Shown here piece after piece: positions 40,196 to 52,195 of a stretch of 64,000 bases of DNA. The position numbers were made by a program, and so were the translations under genes. The notes under the pieces were generated by a model that was not told where the DNA came from, made no database searches, and was given only the letters and a program-made list of their open reading frames with translations. Each line of letters starts with the position of its first letter. Within the stretch, counting starts at the first letter, position 1. The stretch spans positions 43,402,001 to 43,466,000 of the forward strand of contig NC_045696.1 of assembly GCF_009834535.1 (NCBI RefSeq), written 5' to 3'. This stretch comes from Camelus ferus (lineage: Eukaryota).

Positions 40196-41152
40196 GTGGA
40201 AAGCATTTCCTTTAAGATCAGGAACAAGACATGGATGCCTACTCTTGCAAGTTTTATTCAAAGTAGTATTAGAAGTCCTAGATATAGCAATAAAATAAAA
40301 TGAATTGAAATAGGAAAATAAGATTTAAAACTGTTACTGTTTGCAGATAACATACTATACACAGAAAATCCAAAGACTCCACCAGAAAAACCCACTGAAA
40401 CTCATTAATGAATGTGGTAAAGTTGCAGGATGCAAAATTAATATACAGAAACCTGTTGCATTTCTATACACTAGCAATGGACTATCAGATAGAGAAATAA
40501 AGAAAACGAGCCCACTTACAATTGCATCAAAAAGAATAAAATACTTAGGATTGATTCAAACTAAAGAGGTAGAAGACCTGTACTATAACACTGATGAAAG
40601 ATATTGAAGATGAAAGACACAAATGGAAAAATGTACCATGTTGGAAGCATTAATATTTTAAAAATGACCATATTCCCCAAGACAATCTACAGAGTCAGGG
40701 CAATCCTTATCAAAATTCCAATGGCATTTTTCACAGACCTAGAACAAATAATTCTAAAATTTTATTGGAAATGCATCCCAAAGAGCCAAAACAATCTTGA
40801 GAAAGAACAAAACAGGAAGTATCATGCTCCCTGAGGTCAAATTAAACTACAAAGTTATACTAATCAAAAGTTTGGTACTAGCACAAAAACAGACATACAG
40901 ATCAATGGAACAGAACAGAGAGCCCAGAAATGAACCCACACTTATGTGGGAAATAAGACTATAACAAAGGAAGCAAGAATATACAATGAGGAAAAGACAG
41001 CTTCTTCAATAAATGGTGTTAAGCAAACTGGACAGCTACATGCAAAGAATCAAACTGGATGATTTTCTCACCCCATATACAAAAATAAAATCAAAATGGA
41101 TTCAATGTTTGATGTAAGAGCTAAAATCATAAAAATTCTAGAAGAAAACATC
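40196..41152 (+). pseudogene. L1 ORF2p remnant (part of the RT domain and downstream region only)
   Basis: [69 protein letters not shown] match L1 ORF2p. Confidence 0.9.
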
Positions 41153-42689
41153 ATCAGTGATTGTGTAATATCCTTGTACTCCAACAAATGACAACTAGAT
41201 TTACAGTTATGATTTTGAAATGTCTAGAAATATTGTATCACTGTGTTGTACACCAGGAACTAACATAGTGGTGTATATTAATTATACTTCAAAAACAAAC
41301 AAACAAATTCATAGAAAAAGAGATCAGGTTTGAAGCTACCAGAGGTAGGAGTGAAGGGAGGGGGAATTAAGATGAAGGTAGTCAAAAGTACTTATAAGAT
41401 AAATAAGTACTAGTGAGGTAACAACATGATAAAGATAATTACCACTGCTCTATGTCATATTTGAAAGTTGTTACAAGAGTAATCCTGAGTTCTCATCACA
41501 ATTAAAAAAATGTTTTTGCTATCTTCAATGGTGTATATGAGATGATGGATGTTCAATAAACCCATAGTGGTAATCATTTTTAAACTTACACCATGCGTCA
41601 TGTCAATTAAATCTAAATAAAACTGTAAGAAAAACAACAGCAGCAATGAAATATCATGACACACCTACTAGAAAAGCTAAAATCCAGAACAGTGATGACA
41701 CCCAATGGTGGTGAGGATGTGGAGCAAGAGGAGCAAGTTTTTATGGGAAAGTAAAAGCTAAGAAGCACAGCTGTCTAACGGAGGGCAAGTATCACTAAAT
41801 TGTACTCAGAGAGGGCATGGTTCCTGTGTCTCAGTTATTGCTAATCACACGTACCTTATCACGGGTCCTGACAAATACTAGTGGCTTACTCCTTGTATGT
41901 GTGAACACATGCAAAATTAGTGAATAATTGCAAAAGAAAAAACGATCCCCAACATCTGGGGGACAGAGGATGTGGTAAAGCATTTAAAATGCATTTTATC
42001 TGGGTAACTGGAGAAGCTGTACTGCAAGAGTATTTCGATTATTTCTATATCAGAAAAGAGATAATTTGGAAGAAGTTTCCAGTTTCTCAACCTGTTCCCA
42101 TAAATATCAGAAGATAAAGCTATTCAGGGTAAGAATCTTGATGGAATCTTAATCTGGACAGTATGTGGTGTCTTCATGTCACTACTAGCCACAGATTTAT
42201 GGACTGTGACAAAATAATAACAACGGTGACAACAATGATAACTCTCTGGGAGGAACAGAGAAGGCTTGAGTGGAGAAGTGGAAGCTTAGTTCAGTGGCCC
42301 AATAAATCATGGGATCTTCTTCTTAGGGTTCTTAGTGATTCCTATGCACATATACTATAGATAAAAAGAAAACCTGGTTTAATGTTATCAATCCTTGATG
42401 AAAATACTTATGTAGTAAAAATATTACCCCAACATAATTTAAATGTGAAACTGAAAGGTTTATATTTAACTTTAGAAAGAAAGGATACTATACCAAATAA
42501 ATGTCTAATTTTTATTATTAAATTAAGTTAAATGGTCCTGACTTTTAAGATTTGTATGTTGTTATGTATCTAATTTAAAATAACAATATTCTAAAAGCTC
42601 CATGTAATCCCATGTAAATATGGCAAGTATCATGTGTTGGCTTTTAGAAGTAATTTAGATGTGACCATTTCACTTCTATAATCTAATAC

Positions 42690-42920
42690 AAACAATCACC
42701 ACTGTTCACCTAGACTAGGTTGATAAGTCTCCTAAGTGGCTCCATCTTTCCTTCTCTCCCTCCCATACACTCGATCCTCCAGACAGCAGCACAAGTCATA
42801 GTTTTAAAATCTAACTCATATATGTCATTCCAATGCAAAAAGGGTTCAGTGGTTTCTTGCTTTATTTAGAATAAAGTCCAAAATATTTTTCATGACCTAT
42901 AAGGTCCTACACTGTCTCTA
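42690..42920 (+). mobile_element. L2 fragment
   Basis: TCACCTAGACTA..AGTCTCCTAAGTGG..CTCCAGACAGCAGC..TTTAGAATAAAGTCCAAA..ATGACCTATAAGGTCCTAC. Confidence 0.7.
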
Positions 42921-42949
42921 CATTTTGTTATACAAATTTTATGGCATGT

Positions 42950-45900
42950 TTTACAGATTAATGTATTTTAACAGCTAGAAATTTGTTTTTCTGTATGATG
43001 CAGGGTAGAGATTGATTACTCTCTAAAGTAAATATATTTGTCTCACACCACTTAAATTTTATTGTTTTCCACAATTAATCTAAATCTATAAGGCCCCTGT
43101 AGAGTAAATCAAATCTCCATAATACCTTGGTGTATTCCTAGACTTTCTCCACTATTCCATTGATGACTCTATCTTACCTGGCAAAATAGAACTGTATTCA
43201 TCTCTAAATATCTAAAATAACTGATTTCTGACTGAGACATTCTCCCAAACTTGTTCTTCCTCAAAATTATCCTGATTCTCTTAGTTGTTCTTTTTCATAT
43301 CTGGATTAATTTAATTTAGAATCAGTTGGAAATTTAAAAATCTAGATGAGATTTTAATTAATTCATACAGATAAACAGGACAATAGATATATTTTTAAAA
43401 GTGAGTTTCATTTTTATAAATATGATATTTCTCAATTTATTTGGATCCTTTTAAATATTTTATTAAAACTTATTTTCCCGTAATTCATGCACATTTTTGT
43501 TAAATGTATTTGTTGCTATGGCACATGATATTTACTATTTATTGCTGGTTTTTTGATAAGGGAATTGAATTTTATATACATGTTACATATAGCAATAGTA
43601 CTAAAATTTATTACCTTTAATACATTTTATTTATATTGTGTATTTTTTTAGTGTAAACATTTAAATCTTTGTTTAAAATTGTAAATCTTTGTTTAAAAAT
43701 GCCATATCACCTTTAACAAGATTAGCAATTTTTACTGGTACTACTGAGATCTCATGTCATATTCAAATTTTTCAAATATTATCAAAAATATCTGAATTCT
43801 AAAATTGTCTACTCATTACATACTGTCATATAACTTGTCTCTCTATAACTCAATGTTTCCCATAAACTGGAAGTTAGCTCTAGCTCTTACACCTAGATTT
43901 TACTTCTATGGACAAATAAGTGGTGATTAGTACTTCATATTGCATCACAGTAGAAAGCACATAATATCTAATTGTTCCAGCCTTAGTCATGATAAGACTG
44001 GTTATTAAGTTCAGGTGTCATCAGGGGTATCAAAATAGTTGATGTTTAATACTGTATATTTGGTTACTCTGAAATATAATTTCTATAGGAGGGGCATAAT
44101 AAAATGCTTGATTATTTCTTTCATTGATAATTTTTGGAGTAAAAAGTAGATATTCTACTTAATCTACAATTGTGATCAGTGAAGGTTATGCAACTCTTCT
44201 TGAAGAAGCAATACTAATTTTTGAATAATATTAATTATAAATGCTTAGCTTTTATATACAATAATTCAAACAGTTGAATTTATTATTTTTCTTTCTCAAG
44301 TTAGTCTATTTTTTTGTCAATGAGATCCCCTTAATGTTGTTTGTTAAATTTTTTCATTGGTGTATGTACTCTATGCACAGTATAGACTCAATAAACAGTA
44401 AAATATTCAGATTGTAAGCATCTTATTCAATCAATTTTGACAAATGCAGACTCTTATGTAACTCAAAATCCTACAAAGACACTGAATAATTCTATCACTC
44501 AGTAATATCTCATCTTCTAATTTCCATTCAATTTCTTACCAGGAGCAAGGACTAGATCTAATTTCTACTTAGGTTAGTTTGACTATTCTAGAATATCATT
44601 TAAGTGGTATTATACAATTGGTAATTTTGTTTGTTTGTTTGGCTAATTTCATTCAGCATAATATTTTTGAGATTTATACATGTTGCTGGCATGAGGTCAA
44701 AGTTGAATTTTTTTCCCTTATAAATATATCCAGTTTTTCTAATCATGATTTGTTAAATAATTTTTTTCTTTCTGACAACTTTAAAATTACTGTATATATG
44801 TGGCATATTTCTGTACTTCTGATATTGTTATATTAATATATTGTCTATCCTTTTGCTAAAACAATGCTGTCTTTTTTAATTTCTGTGAAAGATGTCTTGG
44901 ATAATGTTACTTTCATCTTGCCTACTCACACTCTAAGTTAGATTCTTGGTTCATTAATAACGTTCAGCCTTTCTTGTTGCCAAACGTGTACATTTAAGGC
45001 TACACTTTCCAATCAATACACTACTTAAGGTACATGTTGTAGTCTGATCGATTGCATTTTAATTATTTCTTTCTCTGCAATACCTCAGATCTCACTTTAT
45101 TATGATTTCTGATTCTATTTTAACTTTATTTTGTTTATAACTATGTTTTTAATTTGGAAACATTAATTAGTATAATACCTTTTTGTATTCAATTTTAACA
45201 ATTAAATTGTGGTTAGATAAATAATACAACTGATATTTACTCACTGGAATTTTATAAATGACTTATTGACTAACATATAATTCATTTTTGATAAAAATAC
45301 TTTAGATGAATGAGTAAGATCTATTTTTTTGTGCAATGCTCTACTCTGATCAGTAAAAGGGTAGTTGCTTTAATACCTCTGATGATAAATTTGTCAGTTA
45401 TTCTCATAACTGTCAAAAATTTTTATGTTGATATAAGAACAAATGTATTTATAGAATTACTATGTCTTCCTGGTTAAATGTAAATTTATTATCATAACAT
45501 AACATGACACTATTTCTTCTTTCCCATTTTGTGAAATTAGAGCTTAATTCCATTGTTCTTAAAATAGGATCAGTTTCACTTTAAGGTTTTTCAAATGTCT
45601 CACTGTAAATTTTGTCAACTTTTTTTCTCAACTAGCATTAAAAATTTGTCAATATGACTATTAGCCTTCTGTATAAGAAATATGTTATTATTTAATTCTA
45701 CCACTCATTCACATTTTATGGATAATGCTGTGCAATATTTTAGAATCACCTAAAATTTTTACTTCATAAATTAGTAATGTTAGTTATATTTATTCAATAA
45801 ATATTGTTTACCTTTACTCACAGGTTTATCAGGTATTTTTTTTCCATTGTATCTTTTTTCAACTGGGTTCAATTTTCTTCTTAAAATATATCTTTTGGGG

Positions 45901-46330
45901 AATCTTTTAGCTAGGAACTCATACCTGAAATCTCAATCTCTCTCTCTCTCTTTGTCTCTCTTTTCTTTTCATCTGAAGATATTGTAATATGCTTTAAGAA
46001 TCCATATTTTGGTATATAATTCTAAACTGACACTGATTCCATATTACAATTTTGAAAGTATTATTCTACAATGTCTTGACTTTATTGTTGTTCTTGACAT
46101 CTCTTATTTTGATTGTTGCTCTTGTGTACTTAGCCCTCTTACTTCTTCTAGTTGCTTTTAAGATTTTTCTTTGTTATTTATATTCTGCAGTTTTACCACA
46201 ATGTGTCCGGCTTAGTTTTGATTATTCTGAATTAGATTAGTTGTGCTTTTTGAATATGAAGGTATGTTCAGCAACACTAAAACAATTCTCTGATATGTTC
46301 TCTTCAAATAGTTCTCATTCCCTGGATATG
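42950..46330 (-). mobile_element. Cluster of highly decayed old L1 fragments (L1ME/L1MC-like), mostly antisense
   Basis: T-rich tract with antisense L1 motifs, e.g. ATTTTGACAAATGC..ATGTAAC..TTCTAGAATATCATTTAAGTGG at 44430-44610; internal boundaries not resolvable by eye. Confidence 0.5.
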
Positions 46331-46619
46331 TACACATCCCCACATACATGCTTGGTGTTCTAGAGCCAAAGACAGCCATAAAAAGACCAGCCTGTTCCAT
46401 GTTGCTGCCAGACAGATCCATTTGTGACAATTCTCTGTCTGTGAGGCCTGTGAGGAACTTAAAAACTCATTTTACTCCCTCAAATGGCTGTTATAGCCTA
46501 CTGGATTTCATAGGTCCTGTGGTTGCAAGGCAGTTGGTTTTCCAGGCTACCACAGAGCTGGAGAGGAGGTAATAAAAGTAGTTGAAGGTGAAACACAACA
46601 AAGTTTGCTGCTTTTCTTC

Positions 46620-47125
46620 TAATTTGCAATTTTCTGATAACATTATGATTTTTTGAGAATCTTTTCAAGTACTTGTTTGCCATCTGTATACCTTCTTTGG
46701 TGAGGTGTCTGTTCATATCTTGTGCCCAGTTTTCAGTTGAGCTGCTTGTTTTTGAATTATTGGATTTTAACAGTTCATTGTATATTTCGGCTAATAGTCT
46801 TTTGTGAGATATGTCTTTGTAAGTATTTTCTCCAAGTCTGTGGCTTGTCTTTTCAGTCTCTCAACAATGCTTTTTACAGAGCAGAGATTTTAGTTTTAAT
46901 GAAGTTCAACTCACCAATTTTTCTTTCAAAGATTGTTCTTCTGGTGTTGTTTCTACAACATTACTGGCAAATCCAAGGGCATCTAGATTCTCCTATGTAA
47001 TCTTCTGGGATTTTTATACTTTTGTATTTTACTTTTAGCTCTATGATCCATTTTGAATTATTTTTTGGTATGACAGGTGTAAGATATGTGTCTAGATTCT
47101 TTATTTGCAGACATGTTTTTAAAAA
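46620..47125 (-). mobile_element. L1 ORF2 C-terminal fragment
   Basis: Minus-strand peptides MNRHLTKEGIQMANKYLKRFS and NLDTYLTP..NSKWIIELKVK match L1 ORF2p. Confidence 0.85.
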
Positions 47126-47176
47126 TTTAAATATCATCATCATCAACATTCATTACTTCTGTTTTTACATCTCCCA

Positions 47177-47177
<1 letters not shown>

Positions 47178-47218
<41 letters not shown>
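47178..47218. repeat. (AC)20 microsatellite
   Basis: Directly visible. Confidence 0.98.
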
Positions 47219-47219
<1 letters not shown>

Positions 47220-48447
47220 CTCATTGCTGGATTACATAATATCACATTATAAGTATTTCTACCAAACCTCTATTTTTTCATGCCATTCATATTAGCCTTA
47301 ATTTAGTTATTGTAAATGTATTCTTTATTGTATATGTATTCTTGCAACCTCTAGGTCCTTTTACCCATACTTTAAAATATTTTATTTGCCACTACTAATT
47401 TAGCTATTTAAACCTTCTTTCTTCAGGTAGGAGCATAATTATTTCTCATGAATATTTTTTGTCAAATTTTTGTTTGTTCCTCCCCAATTCACTCATCCAG
47501 TACATTCAAATACCCAAGTGCTTCTAATAAATATATATATCAATGCCACATTTATTTATGTGGTTTGTTTATTACATACCTCGGTATAGAAATCTTATTT
47601 TTTAGTATTTTATTTTATTGTTTTTATCATTGTATCCCAAGTACTGCTACAGTGTATGACATATAATATTTGCTTAAAAATATTGTTTTTTTTTAATTAA
47701 TAGCTGAGTAGGCCCTTGACTTCTTCTTGTATTTAGGGCAAATGTCTTTCTGTTATGGAGATTTTCTATGATCCTTCAAACTAGATGTAGTTCCTCATGT
47801 AAACTCTCTTAAATGCCATTAGCTTTCTTCAAGGCAGCACATTAAAAAATAGATTTTTTTTTGTTTTAGTTATTGTTTAATGTCTACATTTGTCACTAAG
47901 TTCCTCAGTGGAACATAGTAAACTAAGTTCCATTAGAGCAGGGACCAAATATATGCAATTATCCAAAATAAACCCAATTGCCTAGCATAGCGACTGTTCC
48001 ATAGAAGGTAGTACATGAATATATATGTTAGGCTGGAAATATGGAGGAAAAATAGAAAAGAATGAAGGAAGAAAGAAGGACTAAGGAAAGATAAGCAATT
48101 TGCAGTAAATCATAACAAACAAATTTAATTTTTGCTTTTTCAAATACTAGCTGTATGTCCTCAGGCAGTTTGCTTACTGTCTTTGAGCTTATTTTCAAAA
48201 CACTATTAGAGAGTAAGTTATTTACTTAAGGTCAGACAGATATTAGGTGTTCAATTCCTTTTATCTTATTTTACTTGCAGTACTTATTTCCAGAGAGCTT
48301 CTACACACCACACTTTTATTTACATCAACAACTCTTTTCTCCCATGCTACTACAGAAGGATGATTATCAGAAATTTATCCTACTGATTTCCATATTGAGC
48401 TACATCATATTCAATACTAACTGTTCTGTTTAAAATACTTATCATGT

Positions 48448-48526
48448 GTAGAGCACAATTTTTCGGTTATTTTACACAACACTGTAAAATGATTATGAAT
48501 CAATAAAAATGTTTAAAAAAATTAAA
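48448..48526 (+). mobile_element. 79-bp L1 3'-end insertion with 5' inversion and 16-17-bp TSD
   Basis: TAAAATACTTATCATGT at 48431-48447 and 48527-48543; the insert ends ACACAACACTGTAAAATGATTATGAATCAATAAAAATG plus an A-rich tail. Confidence 0.85.
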
Positions 48527-48608
48527 TAAAATACTTATCATGTCATTAGTACATGCATGGTATAACAGAATGGAATATAAATGTAGTTCAATTTTTGTTG
48601 AGAACAAG

Positions 48609-48654
48609 GAGGGAGAAAGAAAAAGAGCCTTGAGGGAGAAAGAAAAAGAGCCTT
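48609..48654. repeat. Perfect 23-bp tandem duplication
   Basis: GAGGGAGAAAGAAAAAGAGCCTT twice (48609-48631, 48632-48654). Confidence 0.97.
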
Positions 48655-49288
48655 GGGAATGATGCATCGTCCAAGGAAAGAACAGTCTTAGGGAAGTGTC
48701 TCGTCCGGCATCACAGACAGCTGAGATAAAATAATAAATGCACAGAAATGATTGGAAATAAGTGTGAAATGTGAGGATTATTTCATAATTTTAAGTAGGA
48801 TTTCTCAATAAAATCCTACTTAGAGCTATTTTCATTTTGCTCTCATTTCCAAATATATTTTTATCTTTGTCTTTAATTCTGGTACACTTTTGTCCCCTTA
48901 ACATCCTCCCACCCAACTTTCTCTCTCTCTCTCTCTCCCTCTCTCTCTATAGCTCTAGTGCTCTCTTATTCTCTTCATTTGAAAAGAAAGCTACGTGAAG
49001 TTTTAAAATTCATTTTTCCCCTGAACTTTAAGTTGTTTGGATCACCAAACAATGTGATGAGAAAACTCTTAATTTTTCAAGTGAGTTAAGTATTTTAGGT
49101 TGACATTGTGTCACATTATAAGTAAATAAACATTGCTTCAGGTTTGTTTTTTTTTCTCTTAGAAGAACAAAGCTGAAAAGTGAGGGAGTTATCACCTAGT
49201 CTAAACTTGACTAAAATATTTCAATAGTTTCAAAGAATTTGCTTCACAGGGACTCACTTTTAAGTTTTTTTCTTTAAATCTGGTTGTC

Positions 49289-52195
49289 CAGTTTACTCTT
49301 GAACAACATGGGGACAGTGGCACCAACCCACTGTGAAGTTGAAAATCCATGTGTAACTTTGGACTCCCTCAAAACTTAACTACAAATATCCTACTGTTGA
49401 CCAGAAGCATTACCGATAGCACAGCATAAATTAGCACATATTTTATATGTTACATATGTCATATACTGTATTCTTATAATAAGGTAAACTAGAGAAAAAT
49501 GTTATTAATAGTCATAAGGAAGAGAAAATACATTTATAATACTGTACTCTATTTATTGCTACTGTAAGTTTATGTCATCTGTTTATAAGAGAAATCATCT
49601 GTCAGTGCCTACATCAAAATTATCTATATGATACAAAACACTGTAGATTTTATATGTATTATTAACACCAGACATCAAAAATGAAAAGATGTGAAAAAAT
49701 TCATATTTATTGATAAGATTTACAATTCATGTATTGATAACAAAGAAGAAGGAATATAATTGTTTTATGGTAGCCTATTGTAATCAATATGATTGCTTCA
49801 CCAGCTTATACTCCAATGAATGAATTATTATAGAAATTTAGTGGAAGATAGTATTACAGTCATGTTCATAATATAGTATTGGAAACATTGTTATATTTTA
49901 AAAAAACACCTGTAATAATAGGCTGATATGTAGTTTCTCCAATTATGAGAGAGAAAGAGAGTGAGAGGGAGATTTACTGTAATGTGATTCTCTGAAAGCA
50001 AAGTTATAAAATATAAGAAAACCAACATATTACTAATTTAATATTTAATATTATTCACCTTATGTCTATGTAAGGATAGGCTATTCACTTAAGTACAAGT
50101 CTTGCACACAATGTTCTACAAGATGAATACTTAGGCTATGTGACAATGATGACACAAAAATGTCTCATACAGTTCTTGCTGTACAATTATTAAATTTTCA
50201 CATGAAGACACTCACACACATACACAATAGATACATTTATTACAAATATGACATGATGATTATCTACTGCTCATTAAATGGAAGTGGATCATCGTAAAGG
50301 TCTTCATCCTTGTTGTCTTCATGTTTAGTAGGCTGAGGAGGAGGAGGAGAAGGAGGGGCTGATGTTCTTGTCTTGGACGGCAGAGATGGAAGGGACTGAG
50401 GAGGGGGAAGGAAGGCAGGACAGCAAGTACACTCAGTGCAACTTTACATAAATACATTGTAATTCTATCTGACTTTTTAGTTTTTTCATTTCTCTGCAAA
50501 TGTTTCTATACGAAACCAATTTTTCTTCTACCTCTTGCTTGAGCTTCAGTCTCCAAATTATAGAAGAGTCCTTGTCATAAAAGTAATCAAAAGCAGTCTT
50601 GAATAGTTGGAAACCTTCTGCCAGATCATCTAAATGTTGATTTATTTTCTGAAACTGCTTCTTCTGTGTCTTCTTTCTCATTGCCTAGCACTGGTCCAGA
50701 AGTACTCATCATCAAGTTGTCTTCTGTTAACTCCTCTGGTGTGGTGCCTAATAGCTCTCAAATTTCTCTAATATCCATACCTTGAAACCCTTCCCCCCAC
50801 CTTTTATTGCCATATCCACAATCTCTTTCATGATTTTCTTAATTGGCTCTGTCATTAACCTAGTGAAGTCATGCACAACATCCTGACCAAAGTTTTCTCC
50901 AGGAGGAATTTATAGTTTCAGTCTTGGTGGCTTCCATAGCTTTTGCCATAACAACGATGGTATCTTCAGTGGTGTAATACTTTCAGACACTCGTATTTCC
51001 GCTATCAAGTTTCTCTTCCACAGCATTGACAATATGTTCCACAGAGTACCGTGTGTACTGTATCTTAAAGGTCTTTATGACCCCTTGTTCTAGAGGCTGA
51101 ATTAGAGATGTGTTTGGTGGCAAGTAAACCACTTCAACACCTTCAGTGTTGACTCATGGGATTCTCACTGGACATGGGCACCATCTAATATCATAAGAAC
51201 TTTAAAAGGCAGTCCCTAACTGGCAAGGTACTTTCTGACTTCAAGGACAAAGCATCAGTGGGATCAATCTAGGAAGTGTTTTTGTTGTCCCAGCCTTCTT
51301 GTTGTACAACCAAGAGACTGGCAGCTGGTATTTATCTTTTTCCTCCAAGGTCTGGGGGTTAGCAGCTTTATGGAAAAGGACAGTCCTGACCATGAACATG
51401 ATTGCAGTCTGAATTTATCTCTTCCTTCCTGAAATCCCGGTGCTTGCTTATCTTCCTTACTAATAGATGTCCTTTATGCCATTTTTTTTCCAGAACAGGG
51501 CCCTTTTGTCTGCACTGAAAACCTGTTCAAGCAGATATACTTTCTTCTCAATGATTTTCTTAAAGGCATCTGGGAACTCACCTGCTGCCTCTTGGTAAGC
51601 AGAAGCTGCTTCTCTTGTTATCTTGACAGTTTTCAAGCTACACCTCTTTCTCAAATTATCAAACCGTCCTTTGCTGGCATTAAATTCTCCAGCTTTGGAT
51701 TCTTCACTTGTCTTTTGCTTTAAGTTGTTACAATAATGACTTTGATTTTCTAGAATCCTATTAGAGTCTATAGATATACCTTCCTTATAGCAATCCTGCA
51801 CCCACATAAAAGCTGCATTTTCAGTACAAGATAAAAAAAAAAGTATTTCACAAAAAAAGTGCAAGGTTTTTGTATCTGCTGGCATGGCTGCAGTGATGGC
51901 TATCACAAATTTCCTTTTCTGCTTTTTTAATGGTCCATTACTTGGATTCATTAATCTTCAGATGGTGGGCAACTGCAGCTACAGACCAAAATCTATGGTA
52001 TGTATTCAACTTCAACTTGTAATTTCATGACATTTCTCTGCTTCTTGGAAACACTTCCAGCATCACTTGTGGCATGATATGGGTCTCAATGCGTTATTCA
52101 ATGTCTAGGGTATTGCCCTATATATGATTAAAATACACAAGAACCACAAGAGATTACTTTTTACTGTGATACACAATGTACTGGAGAGATGAACT
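49289..52195 (-). mobile_element. Tigger2 (Tigger2f-like) DNA transposon; one TIR present, other end deleted
   Basis: TIR CAGTTTACTCTTGAACAACATGGGG at 49289, Tigger2/MER8-type subterminal sequence, transposase remnant on the minus strand; homology stops at GGAGAGATGAACT (52195). Confidence 0.9.
50264..52090 (-). pseudogene. Decayed Tigger2 (pogo/CENP-B family DDE) transposase
   Basis: ORF 51460-51951 has the CENP-B-type HTH (GEFNASKGRFDNLRKR) and the first catalytic-D region (EQVFSADKRALFWKK, cf. VFNADETGLFWK); acidic C-terminus EDNKDEDLYDDPLPFNEQ* ends at 50264; multiple frameshifts. Confidence 0.9.

Larger units (their letters stand above)
37656..41630 (+). mobile_element. L1 with 5'UTR, decayed ORF1, partial ORF2 and 3'UTR, carrying two internal deletions; inserted into the older L1
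   Basis: Begins GAGGAGTGGCCAAGATGGC (YY1-type L1 start); GC-rich 5'UTR to about 39500; ORF1- and ORF2-like peptides in the ORF track; AATAAA at 41616-41621; TSD AAAACAACAATGA (37643-37655) / AAAACAA[CAGCAG]CAATGA (41631-41649). Confidence 0.9.

Noticed and set aside
51460..51951. Longest ORF (163 aa) as a domesticated TIGD/CENP-B-like gene
   Set aside because: It is one fragment of a multiply frameshifted Tigger2 transposase that still sits inside transposon sequence with a TIR
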